Source of the DNA: Rhynchopus sp. YZ270_cl-10
Lineage: Eukaryota
Assembly: GCA_964035575.1 (NCBI GenBank)
Contig: OZ037846.1
Coordinates: 1,612,001-1,676,000 of the forward strand
Reading direction: 5' to 3'
Length of the DNA stretch: 64,000 bases
Under the pieces are notes generated by a model. It was not told the DNA's origin, searched no databases, and saw nothing but the letters and a program-made list of their open reading frames with translations. The position numbers and the translations under genes were made by a program. Position 1 is the first letter of the stretch. Each line of letters begins with the position of its first letter. Of the stretch, positions 12,612-24,149 are shown piece by piece.

Positions 12612-14717
12612 ATGTACACAATGCGCTGTCTAGAAGGTGTGCTGTCGTTGGACGGGACACTGGACGCTCGTGCACGTCGGAAGCGGACGTTGTTCTTTGT
12701 GGTGTGCTTTGCGGCGCTGGTTTTGCAGATGCATTCAGCTGTTGGGGTGTTTGCGAACCCACATGGACAGTACGTTTATTGCGCATCGCAGGTTGCCGGT
12801 CTTTTTGCGTTGCTTGTCGGTCTTGTGTTGGTCCTGTGCAGAGTCAAGCTGACCACACACAACATTGTGTTCATTCTGTATCTAGCAGCCCTCTCGATAT
12901 TAGGCATGGACATCACGTCGCGGTCTATAGGGAGTACCGTGTGGCCCAATCTCGTGCTCATCGTTGACGTGCTCCTTGTGATGGAGGTGCCCGCACACTA
13001 CAGCATAGGTTTCGTCTGCTTCACACTTGTGTACTTCTTTGTCATGTGTCTCGAAGAGGTGTTCAGGTTTGGCATCCTCGACCTGCCAGGTATCACGCCG
13101 CAGGAGTTCCGACACGAGCTCATGGCCAACAAGGTGAGCTGCACTGACTATCCGTGCCCCAATGCAAACGCCTATCTCTTCCAGATCAATGCTGGTGCGG
13201 TGTTTGTGGTGGACTTCATCGCAACGCGAGGCTTTGCGCGTGGTCTCCTGAAGGAGCAGGAGTCAATGGAGCGGACGATCAACGTTGTGCAGGAGATTGC
13301 GTCGTTGCTGGCTGGCTACGACGTGGAGCAGGTGGCGGAGCTGTTGAAGACGCATGAGGGTGACCTGCCTGAGGGGATGACAGAAGCACTGCGTAACTTG
13401 GAGGAGAACCTGCGGAAGTACCGTCCCTACCTCCCTGCTGCGCTGTTTGAGGCTGAGGTGGATGAGGACGGTGTGCAGCAGCCGACTGTGGCACCGCCTG
13501 GGCTTGACAGCGAGACAGCAACAATTGTGTTCACAGACATCCGTGCGTCGACGTCGATCTGGGAGAACGCACCTGAGGGGATGCGTGCTGGACTGCAGAT
13601 CCACAACGCTGTGATGCGTGAGGTGATGCGGATGTGTGGTGGGTACGAGGTGAAGACCATTGGCGACGCATTCATGATTGCCTTTGCATCCACTTGCGAC
13701 GGTGTGGCGTTTGGATTGCGTGTGCAGGAACGTCTGTTTGAAGCAGACTGGCCTGCGTCTCTGCTTGAGGATGCACCAATCTGCTGTCGGCAGGGGTCGC
13801 TGTGGGGTGGTCTGACTGTGCGCATTGGTGTGAACACTGGCCCTGTGACTGTGGAGCAGAACACACTGACGGGACGGACCGACTACTTCGGACACACAGT
13901 GAACGTTGCATCACGACTTGAGAGCACATGCACACCTGGTGCTGTGGCTTTGCCCTCTGACCTGTGGACATCTGTCTCTGGGTCGTGCAGTGCTGTTGCT
14001 GGTGTGCCAGAAGCAGTTCACTTGAAGGGTGTGTCTGGGAGCACGTTGGCGCACTATGTGTGGCCTGTCTCGCTTGGGGGACGACAGTACACACGACTTC
14101 AGGAATTTGGATTAACAGACATCAAAGCATTAGCTGCTTCGGAGAGCGGCCCTCCGTCGTCGGCTTCAGGGGGGTCTTCACACTCACGATTGACACATCC
14201 TACCAGGCAGGTCTCTGGCACTGTGGGAGTTGCACAGCTTGCAGTGGGCGACGTGACGCACAACACAGCTTTCCCACACATGAGCTCAAGACTCACAACA
14301 CTGACGATCACACTGGAGCAGAGTGGAGGGAGTCTGGTGACGCTGCTTGGGAACTGTGTGTGTGTTGGGTGGAACGTGTCGCGTTCTGCACCTGCACACA
14401 TGGAGAACGCGATACGGTTTGTGCAGCGCATGTCTGTGAAGTCTGCACTGAACGGTGCTGGTCTTGCAAGCGGTCCTGTGCAGCACGGGGATGTTGGTGC
14501 ACGGAGCCAGCGCTTTGTGACTGTGATGGGGGATGTTGTGCGTCGGAGTTGGGCGCTGTGCGAGGAGGCTGTGCGTGACGGGGTTGTGTGTCTGTACGAG
14601 CCTCCTGAAGGGACAGCACTGCCGTCTGCACTTGAAGACGTTCTTGTCCCGCACAAGGGGTCTGGCTACAGAGTCGTTGAGTCAGACAACAAAGATCGGG
14701 ACAACGTATTTTATTGA
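12612..14717 (+). CDS. Multi-pass membrane class III adenylate cyclase (kinetoplastid-like catalytic domain plus degenerate second cyclase-like domain)
   Basis: 701-aa ORF with several hydrophobic N-terminal helices and the motifs TIVFTDIRASTSIWE, EVKTIGDAFMIAF, VRIGVNTG and DYFGHTVNVASRLES. The K and D residues fit ATP specificity. Confidence 0.92.
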   Translation: MYTMRCLEGVLSLDGTLDARARRKRTLFFVVCFAALVLQMHSAVGVFANPHGQYVYCASQVAGLFALLVGLVLVLCRVKLTTHNIVFILYLAALSILGMDITSRSIGSTVWPNLVLIVDVLLVMEVPAHYSIGFVCFTLVYFFVMCLEEVFRFGILDLPGITPQEFRHELMANKVSCTDYPCPNANAYLFQINAGAVFVVDFIATRGFARGLLKEQESMERTINVVQEIASLLAGYDVEQVAELLKTHEGDLPEGMTEALRNLEENLRKYRPYLPAALFEAEVDEDGVQQPTVAPPGLDSETATIVFTDIRASTSIWENAPEGMRAGLQIHNAVMREVMRMCGGYEVKTIGDAFMIAFASTCDGVAFGLRVQERLFEADWPASLLEDAPICCRQGSLWGGLTVRIGVNTGPVTVEQNTLTGRTDYFGHTVNVASRLESTCTPGAVALPSDLWTSVSGSCSAVAGVPEAVHLKGVSGSTLAHYVWPVSLGGRQYTRLQEFGLTDIKALAASESGPPSSASGGSSHSRLTHPTRQVSGTVGVAQLAVGDVTHNTAFPHMSSRLTTLTITLEQSGGSLVTLLGNCVCVGWNVSRSAPAHMENAIRFVQRMSVKSALNGAGLASGPVQHGDVGARSQRFVTVMGDVVRRSWALCEEAVRDGVVCLYEPPEGTALPSALEDVLVPHKGSGYRVVESDNKDRDNVFY

Positions 14718-14884
14718 GCACAAGGTGACATTGCCCGACATGTCCTTCAGAAGTTTGTTTCTGAAGAAGGTATTGTCGATTGTCCACAACAAATTCACAT
14801 CCTTTATCATGCATGACAAGGCAGAGTACTATGTTTAGTTTTGGCACTATCAACTTCACTTTGTTTCCCCCCCCCCCCCCCTTA

Positions 14885-17800
14885 CACGACGGACTAGTTA
14901 TGACCATGACAGGTGATTTTACTAGTAAAATGACAGGTGAAAATTTTTGACAGGTGGTACCTGTCATTTTGACAGGTACCACCTGTCAAAATACAGGCAC
15001 CAGGTACCCAGGTACCCAGGTACCCAGGTACCCCCAATGACATAACGAAGTATCGCTTGAAAGTACCGTTCAATAACCTTTCTTGGGTGTGCATGAAGTA
15101 GCACACAAGGTAGATCAAACGATAAATCAATCAGATAAACGTTACATCATCGGAAAATTGTTGGCACCGCCGCCCTGTCTTCGTATTTATTACGTCGACA
15201 GGCCAAACAGCGTTGGGCTCAGAAGAAGCAGTGCAAAACACTGGGGATCAACATGAGAACCAACTCCCAACAACACAGGCTACCGAAGTAGCAGGTGGGG
15301 TGTTGCGGGTGTTTGGGGTGAAAGAAAATCGATTTTGGTAAGTTACAGCAGAAAATTCTTAAGTTTGCACTAGTCGAGAGAGGCTTACCCGCTGCAGTGA
15401 AGCAGTGCACCCATTTAAGGATGGAGAAGCGTGACACGCACATACAAGTATGTACGTTACTTCAACAAAGGCTGAATTCTGGTAATTCTAAGGGATGTGA
15501 ATTCAGCCACCACGCAGGTAGTGTTTTAAGGTTCCTCGCTTTGTTCTGCACAGCGGGCTTATGATACAAAGGAGTTGCCCCCGCTCTCTTTCGCGCAAAC
15601 TTAAGAAAATTCTGAAGTAACTACAACCTGGCGTGCGGGTACAGATGCATTGCTTTGTTCTTTCCTCAAAGTCATGTGTGATCTCTCGGGTCTGTACTAA
15701 AGTCAGTGTTTAGATAAGCATCCACTTGACTCGTTCTAACAACCGTTGAAATCTAGAACAAAACAACACACTGCCCCTTCTCACACCAAGCCGCCATGCT
15801 TCAAGAGCATGCCCTGGGCAAAAATTACTGTGACAAAAACTGGTTTCTGGGGGAACGCAATATTTTATTGTGCCTAGTCCTCCGCAAGCAGAGGACAGAC
15901 TTTCCGGATCCCGAAGTCGAATTTCTTGCACTAGCTATGCTCCCTGGGTTAATGGCTATAGCAGTGACTGACTAAGAGTTTCATAATAATTAGGGTGGTC
16001 TATGGGGTGGGTTAATGGAAAAGTTGGTTTATAAACCCGACTTTTTCATTAGGGTGGTCTCGGTCGCCACCTGATTTTGAAATATTTGCACCAGCTCGTC
16101 CGTCGGCACTGCTTCGCTGTCACAATGAAGGGTCGTCGGTTCGGGTACCTGTTAAGAGAAATTGAGGACAAAAGTGACATTTAGAACAAAAAGAAAAAGT
16201 TGACTTGAAATACAAAACCCTCTCGTGAACAGTGTACCTTGGTACATGACCGGCTGTACCGGGGTGGACACCCAACAAGAGATAGATAGAGGTGCACAAA
16301 TCCTGAGTCGCTAATTTGGGCGGGAAAAAATAGCTTCAATTTACATCCGGAGGCGAGACGTACATCCAGAGCGGGAAAATGTCGAAAAGGGGGAGCGGGG
16401 GTGGTGAAAACCGGGGGTTAAAAACATACCTCGCACTCGGTCCACTCTCCAGGTACGAGAACATCATTGGACATACAAACCCACCACTGCGTCAGTAAAT
16501 AGCTATTTCCCTCCCTCCCGCCAGGTTCGAGGGAGCACTTGAGGGAGGACAAAAAATGCCTATGGTTCGCGCAGGTGGTTTTCTTACGGGAAAAATCTGG
16601 GGGGCCGGGGCCGTGTTGCTGAGAATAACTCGCACTCTGCCCGGTGTGAACAAGCCCACCAAAGCAATGGCTGTACAAGTCGATTTTTGCAGGGGTGGGC
16701 GGGCACCCGGGCTTTTTCCATTTTTTTGGATCGGAAAAAAATTAGGGTACATTGTAAAAAATGCAGCGGGATTTTTGATGAAGAATAGTGATTTTGTGCA
16801 TAAAAGGTAAATACGTCCCGAGCCCGGCGCGCGTAGCGCGCCGGAAGTTCTGGGCCTCCGGCGGAGAAACTAGAATTCCTGGCCTAAAAAGGGTCCGAGC
16901 TTTCGCACGGTGGTGGGTGGGGTGGATCTTTATGATATTCAAAGAGATGCAGAATCTCTGCGGACACCTCCTCACTGAGGTACCCTCGGGATGGTTCTTG
17001 GAATGCAAAAGTGCAGCAAGGGGTTCGTCGACAACTTGTGAGCGGAGACGTGTCTTCACCAACTTCAATCACGAAAATGCCCGCTCATCTTCGCAAGACG
17101 AAACAGGGGGTCAGAAGGCGAGTCGCACAAACTCGCATTATCCCGTACTCCTTCTTCAGTTGCGTCTTCATCTCCTCTCTGCTTGTCCCCGGCTTCACCG
17201 GATCCACCAGGAGCTTCTCCCGACTCCTTGTCATCTCCGAGGTCGGGTTGCAACGGAAGGAAATAGTCGGCAGATGGCTCGGGCGAGGAGGCTGGGAGGA
17301 AGATGAAAGAGGTGGGCGGCCCTTCGGGCCCCAGCCCACCTCTTCAATTTTTTTATTTGTACCTTTTTTTTTTTTTTTGAAGAATTCTTCATCGGATTCT
17401 TCAGCGCGGAAAAACTGATTATGGCTTAGTACCGCACTCCCGTGTATTTGGTGCACCCAGATTAAAACACCCGATTTTTGCGTTTTTTTGCATTTTTTCG
17501 CCCAGTATTGAGGACATGTGGGGGTGAGGACCACCGAGGGCAATTTTGTGAATTTTTTTGGGGTCAAAAATTGACTTGTCTTTCGTAAATCCCACGAAAA
17601 ATCGTGGTGCGCAAAATCGCGTTTTAGACCCCCACAGATGCTCAAAAGTGTCAAATTTTGCTTTTAACGGCCTCAAATCGTCGAAATTCGCCCTAAAAGG
17701 GGGCAAAAAAAAAAATTCGAGAGTCCCTTTCCCTGGGAGGCAATAGCCACCGGCAAAAACACCTGTCATATGACAGGTGGTACCTGTCATTTTGACAGGT

Positions 17801-17967
17801 ACCACCTGTCATTTGACAGGTGCACCTGTCAAAATGACAGGTGCACCTGTCATTTTACAGGTACCACCTGTCATATTACTAGTAATATTCAATTATCACC
17901 TGTCATATTTATAACTAGTAACACCACCTGTCATATCACCTGTCATGGCCATAACTAGTCCGTCGTG
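14885..17967. mobile_element. TA-flanked DNA transposon with CACGACGGACTAGT TIR (composite, non-autonomous)
   Basis: TA|CACGACGGACTAGTTATGACCATGACAGGTGA ... TCACCTGTCATGGCCATAACTAGTCCGTCGTG|TA, with many subterminal TGACAGGT/ACCTGTCA motifs. Confidence 0.85.
17006..17160 (-). pseudogene. hAT transposase C-terminal dimerisation-domain remnant
   Basis: Minus strand, with one frameshift and one stop: KKEYGIMRVCATRLLT/PVSSCEDERAFS*LKLVKTRLRSQVVDEPLAALL. This matches the hATC pattern P.SS...ER.FS.LK..KT.LRS. Confidence 0.75.
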
Positions 17968-17969
17968 TA

Positions 17970-19571
17970 GGGGCTATCAAATGCTGTATAATTTTGTCAA
18001 CAAATGACATTTTTTCGATTTTTTTTAAAAAACGTGTTTCTAAGTGTTTTCGACCGGAAAATGTGGTACATACCCCCCAAAAAACTACCTGTGCCCCGTT
18101 TTTTCACCATTTTGTGCATCTGCGAAACTTTTTTTCGCATTTTTCGAAAAAATCTCAAAAACTGGGCACACCTAGGTACCTGAGTGTGCCCATATTCTAG
18201 GATAGATGATATGTCAACAAAGGCCCGTTGCTCTCCCTCAAACCCCCCAGTTCGCCACAAAATACCACACCGGGGTTGAATTCGATCAAAATATAGCTGC
18301 CACATTCAGTACTTAGACATTCCGAATCAACTAATTTTATCCGCCAAAAAGGCGCTTTTCTCCTACTAATGGGGTGCCCATAGGGGTGCCCAATGAGGGG
18401 GCCCAAGTTTGTGCGCCAAATCGGCAACGAATATGGATGGAAACTGAGCCAAGCTGCAAACGTGACACAGCAGTATGATTTCCTCAGCGGGGAAGTTAAG
18501 AAGAGCAACTTATACGTTGTTGGCGGCAATGCTATGAAGGTATTTTGCCCCAGCCTCTAAATCCGCACTTTCAGCTGCGTCAGTGGTGTATCTGTGGTAC
18601 CTCTCCTCCATGAAATTATTGAAGTACGATAAAAGCCAAGAAGGTGAGTTGTCGGCTTCTGAAGCACGTCCCCACTTCTCCACGTTAAAGAGTTGGCTAA
18701 CTACATTGTCAAATTTATAAGCAACTCCAAACTCCCACGTGGTTCCCTGAATCCTACGTGTCCAGCATCATGCACACTGAAGCCAGCCCAAAAGACACAG
18801 TGTGCCAAGCTTATCAGGGAAGGGACAGCAGACATGATTCCCGCCCTCGCACGATTTGTGGCTATAGACGAACAGCAGTTTGTGGAGAACAAACAGGCGT
18901 ACGAGGTAGCGCCCCATCGAACGATTTTACGGAATCTTCGCATGCAACGTTTGCGCAACTCTCTGACCGTCTGCCAGGAGCTAGCCCTCTGCATACGTCC
19001 AAATTGCGCAGTACAAGAAAAACTCTGGTACCGCGCGCGCCTGAGGAATCCCCCTTGTACCAAGTGATGCAGTGGTCAAGAAGTTCCAAGGACCACAGCG
19101 CGCTCCAGCCTGCAGATCAGGTTTGGGGAGAGCTGCACGCGGTGAGCTCGAAGGCAAGAATACGGACGAAGCTGAAGGACGTGTTAATGGATGACTTGAG
19201 GAAGAAGCCGAATCATTAGGCTTAAGTTACGATGGGCTGCTGAGGGATGAGCTTGTCGAGGTCAGAATCGACAATAAAATGTGAACCCCCTTCCGTCCCT
19301 CACAGGAGGACTCCAAAGCGCACACTGTCACAATCAAGCTCCGTATCTTCAAAAAAAGCACGTACTGAAGGGCACACATAGGTACCTAGGTGTGCCCAGA
19401 AAATCGAAAAAGTGAAAAAAAAGGTCTCTAATCACCCCAAAACCGGGTTTTTTGGGCTCATGCGTCATTTTTATGGGGCTGTGGGGTGGATTTCATCATC
19501 AGAAGACATAGAAACACGTTTTTTATTTGAACTTGAAAAAAAGCCCAATGTTACCCCCATTTGATAGCCCC
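17970..19571. mobile_element. TA-flanked DNA transposon, TIR GGGGCTATCAAATG
   Basis: TA|GGGGCTATCAAATG ... CATTTGATAGCCCC|TA. The left TA (17968-17969) is shared with the preceding element. There is an internal inverted motif, CTGGGCACACCTAGGTACCT. Confidence 0.8.
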
Positions 19572-19591
19572 TACTAGCCCCCCCCCTAGGC

Positions 19592-20256
19592 CAGTGCTGT
19601 AAGAATACGGGATACGTATCCGTATCCGGATACGTATCCGTATCCACTTTTTCATTTTTTTTACTAAGAATACGTAAGAATACGTAAGGTTAAAAAGTAC
19701 AGGGGAGTCCTCACAACCAGCGGCACTCGCCCAGCGTCACGCAGTACGGCTAGTGTCTGAAGTGTGTTGGGATGCTTCCCACCTTCACTGTGCAACAGCA
19801 GCGAAGTACTCGCCTCGAGGCCCTCTGTCTTCTTTTTCAAGGCAAGTGCTTTCGGACACGAGACAAGTATGGCGCACTTGTCGCTAGTACCCCGGTGGAG
19901 TTGGGGTAGTGCAGGGGGCACCGTGAGCAGAGGGGTGTGAGTGGAGAGAGAGTCAGGACAGAGAGGGTGAAGTGAGAGAGTCACTGTACGAGCAAGAGTC
20001 CCAGTCCAGCAAGTTTTAGCAAGAGTCACAGTCCTCCAGCTCCCCGCAACATCGTGCCAAACAAGACCCCGCAGCTGTCTCTCCCACACGCTCTGTACCG
20101 AGTTTTGTCTTATGTTGGGTGGGGTATGGGGTAAATGGGCGGGTGGCTTTTTAAGGTGATGAAAACAAGGGATACGGATACGTATCCGGATACGGATACG
20201 TATCCGTATCCACAATTCCGAAAATCAACGTATTCTTACGTATTCTTACAGCACTG
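19592..20256. mobile_element. Non-autonomous hAT-like element
   Basis: TIR CAGTGCTGTAAGAATACG / CGTATTCTTACAGCACTG; 8-bp TSD CCCTAGGC at 19584-19591 and 20257-20264; GATACG subterminal repeats. Confidence 0.88.
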
Positions 20257-20461
20257 CCCTAGGCTAGGGGGTACACCACGGTCTAGTCAGGGGGACGACT
20301 AGTGCCACTACTAGTCGTAACGACTAGTGTAAACCACTACTAGTGCCACTAGTAGCACGACTAGTACCCACTAGTCGTACGACTAGTCGTACTACTAGTG
20401 TACTAGTCGTACTACTAGTCGACTGGTAGTGCTACCAGTAAACTGGTAGGGATACAGGCTA

Positions 20462-22708
20462 CAAAACTTATACAAACTGAGGGGTTTGATACACAGTGAT
20501 CACAAGATCCTCCATGTAGCTACCACGTAACTCTAGCTCTCGATTCGCACCCCCTCCCACCCCAATCACACTAGCTGCCATACAGGACAATATCGGCAGC
20601 CCACAAACAACGGCCTTTGTGGTGTTTTGTGTATAAACACGTTGGTTGTATGGCCAATCCATGGTCACATGGGCACCATCGTTTGTGGCCCACGCACGCT
20701 TTTTAGGCCGCGAATACGCTTTTCGAGCCGCACAAACCAGGATGTGGGCCGTTTTAAAAAGTTTTTGGCTGGTTTCCGCCACCAACACGCACCAAAAAAA
20801 AAAGGCTCTCGCGGGAATCCCGCGAGACATCTGGAAGGTCACAAATGAATTTTTGTGGGGGTTTTTGCCGATGCATCTTTTTTGGTGTTTCTGCTGGAAT
20901 GGCTTTCTCCAGGCCTGACAAAAACGGCCGGTGCGACGTACCTCCATAGCGTTACGCACTGGTTCGATGAGGCTGACGCGCACTGCTTATCAGTCAGTGA
21001 CGAAGCCCTCGAAGCCGGAAACGGCAGAAGCAAGACCAACTCGAAAGCTAGGTCGAAACAGACCATGTAACCTGCTTCTCAACCTCCTCCTCCGCAGCGT
21101 CCATCTGCTCCTGTGCAGCGTGCCACGCGTCTGTGCACATCCCCTTCGTCTCGCAGCAGAAGTCTGCCTGGTCCTCCAGAAGCTCGCCCCCCTCAACAGC
21201 CGCGTTGTCGCACTGCCAAGCACATCCCACGTCCTTGTCACGGCAGCAGAAGGTGCGCTTCTTCGCGTCCCACAGCTCAAAGTCCGTGATTTACTCATGT
21301 TTTCGACAAAACAGCTCGAGAGTTGGCAGCTGCGAGAAGATGGGCGTTGGAGCAGTGACAATCCCTTGCCAACGGCCCTGGCGTTTGACGCTCTGCATCT
21401 GTGCAGCTGTGTGGTCACAAAAGACGAGATGTGGCAGCAGGTGACCAAATCTCTGCAGCAAAGACTCCATTCATTTGAGCTTGCCTCTCACGCGAAACGG
21501 AGAACCAGATCCCAAGCGAAAGCCACAACAAACATTGAAAATTTGCGTGTGCGAGGCAAGTCGTTGGGAAGTTCCAGGGTGCTCTGGCGAAACACCTCCC
21601 ACCGAGACTAACGTCACACCTCCCCAAGAGTACACCCCGGAATATGAATGTCATGCATGCGGAGCCTCCCACAAAACAGAGCGGGGACTGTTTGCCCATT
21701 ATGATACGCAACAGTGTGTACTGTGTGTAATACGCAACAAAATATTCCATGACCGCCTTGGAGGCTTTCCCACTCTGGATGTTTGTGGCACCCGCGTGCA
21801 GGTGGTGGTGCATCACATTCCCTTTCCTCCGGGTTGCGGTGTGGTGCCCACGTGCCACTGTCCTGACTTGTCCAGGGGGCCTGTGTCTGACTGCACAGCC
21901 AAGTCAACACCGTCAGTTTGCTTTAAGAAATCATTTTGCTTTTTGTTGTATCGACAATCACCTACCGAGGTAGGATCTGTACACAATGTCGCCCGAAGGC
22001 TTTGTACTTAATCGGTATGGACGGAGGCCATCCTCAACCCTAGAAAGTAGCTTTTATTCGTTGGTCGTTTGGTGCTATGGGAAATCAGTCAACGACCTGT
22101 CAATATCGGGGGGAGGGTCATTTTTTAATAGTACTTTGCCATTTTTTCAGGTACACAGGTACACAGGTACACAGGTACACAGGTACACAGGTACACAGGT
22201 ACACAGGTACACAGGTACACAGGTACACAGGTACACAGGTACACAGGTACACAGGTACACAGGTACACAGGTACACAGGTACACAGGTACACAGGTACAC
22301 AGGTACACAGGTACACAGGTACACCACATCACGTTCTATCTTGTGCATCCCAGCTGTGAAGCGGCAAAGTAGAAATCATCCCCAGCTTCGAGGGGCTCAG
22401 GGCTGTGTGACGCTGCTGATTTCGACACGTTGAGGGTCCGTATGGGCCACCGTGTGTCTGTGTGTGTGTCCCTCCAAAAAATCGCTTAGGGCCGTTAAAA
22501 AATGACCCCCCTTATGGCAACGACCTGTCAGCGACCTGTCAATATCGACCCTCCCCGGAGCACCATCGTTAATTTTATGTTTTGGTCAGCAAAATCACTC
22601 GTACACAACCCGAGGGTACGTGTGCGGTTGCCAGGTCTCGAAGCCCCGGAGTAGGCTAATCACACCAGTAAAGTATTAGTATCAAACCCCCAGTTTGTAT
22701 AAGTTTTG
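20462..22708. mobile_element. Nested TA-flanked element (or inner IR of the host), TIR CAAAACTTATACAAACTG
   Basis: TA|CAAAACTTATACAAACTGAGGGGTTTGATAC ... GTATCAAACCCCCAGTTTGTATAAGTTTTG|TA; contains decayed coding-like DNA. Confidence 0.6.
22148..22323. repeat. (CAGGTACA)n tandem repeat, about 22 units
   Basis: Perfect 8-bp periodicity. Confidence 0.95.
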
Positions 22709-22955
22709 TAAATAATTTTGTTTTTGTCCACAATCTGTCTGCAGGGACTTCACAAGAAGCCTTTGTACTGTGATTTCACTTGGAATATACCTGTAGCACT
22801 ACCAGTACACTAGTAGCACGACTAGTACACTAGTCGTACGACTAGTCGTACGACTAGTGGGTACTAGTCGTGCTACTAGTGTACACTAGGCGTAAAACAC
22901 TAGTCATTTCGGCTAGTCGTGCTACTAGTCGTCCCCCTGACTAGACCGTGGTGTA

Positions 22956-24149
22956 GCAAAAGCCCGAGGCAAACACGATTTTTTTGACTTTTGAAAAAAA
23001 AAGCTTTCTATGTCATTCTGACCATACTCTCCGACCCATACCCCCCAAAAAACACCCCCTGACTCGGTTTCCACCCGAAATAGCACTTTCTGTGCCCAAA
23101 AATGGACAAATTCAAAAAAAAAATTTTTTTAGCCAGGACTTGGTACCTTTGGTGGGTACCAGGTCCTGGCACCCTTTTTAAAACATGGTTCTAAGTTCCA
23201 CGAAGTCCCTCTAAACACCCCGAAACCGCCTGGGTACCCCTCGGGATGGGTTCTGGGGTGAAAATATGTGGCTTTGGGGCCTTTTCTGGTCCCCAGAGGC
23301 GTCTCAGAGTGATTTGACATACCCAACACTCCATGGTTTATTAAATACACACTTGCTTTTTACCTTGTCACGAGCATCAACACCCCCAATGAGACCGCCA
23401 GAACGTCTCTACTGTCCAAAAATCACCCCGGAATTGATTCCCCGACCTCAAAATAGGTGAAGTACCCTGTTTTTTGGGTCAAAAATGCGTTGTGTTCCAT
23501 CACTGTCCCCCTCCCAACCTGAGTGACAATATAGTGCCAATAGAAATACCACACCTACAGGAAAACCAAGATTTTCAAGAAAATCAAAAAAAAAGTAAAA
23601 AAAAACATGCGAACTAAGGTGATTAACACCCCGAAACCGCCTGGGTACCCCTCGGGATGGGTTCTGGGGTGAAAATATGTGGCTTTGGGGGTTTTTCTAG
23701 CTCCAGAATGTGTAAAAGCGGTCCAAAAAGCAGCGTGTGGTTCTCTCCACTGTGGCCTTCATCTGCACCACCTGCTGTTTGGACCGCTTTTACTCATTCT
23801 GGGGCCAGAAAAGGCCCCAAAGCCACATATTTTCACCCCAGAACCCATCCCGAGGGGTACCCAGGCGGTTTCGGGGTGTTTAGAGGGACTTCGTGGAACT
23901 TAGAACCATGTTTTAAAAAGGGTGCCAGGACCTGGTACCCACCAAAGGTACCAAGTCCTGGCCAAAAAAATTTTTTTTTTGAATTTGTCCATTTTTGGGC
24001 ACAGAAAGTGCTATTTCGGGTGGAAACCGAGTCAGGGGGTGTTTTTTGGGGGGTATGGGTCGGAGAGTATGGTCAGAATGACATAGAAAGCTTTTTTTTT
24101 CAAAAATCCGAAAAAACCACTTTTGCCTCACTTTTTACGTGGGGTTTGC
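22956..24149. mobile_element. Foldback-like element with ~300-bp inverted arms
   Basis: About 22990-23295 is the reverse complement of about 23798-24105. Outer ends are TA|GCAAA ... TTTGC|TA, and the left TA is shared with the preceding element. Confidence 0.6.

Larger units (their letters stand above)
20274..22953. mobile_element. TA-flanked DNA transposon with CACCACGGTCTAGT TIR
   Basis: TA|CACCACGGTCTAGTCAGGGGGACGACTAGT ... ACTAGTCGTCCCCCTGACTAGACCGTGGTG|TA, with dense ACTAGT subterminal arrays. Confidence 0.85.

Noticed and set aside
16690..17735. Complete nested hAT element around the transposase remnant
   Set aside because: CAGGGGTGGGC at 16690 looks like a hAT end, but no matching inverted end with an 8-bp TSD was found.
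22148..22323. CRISPR-like array
   Set aside because: Contiguous units with no spacers, no cas genes, and a eukaryotic context.
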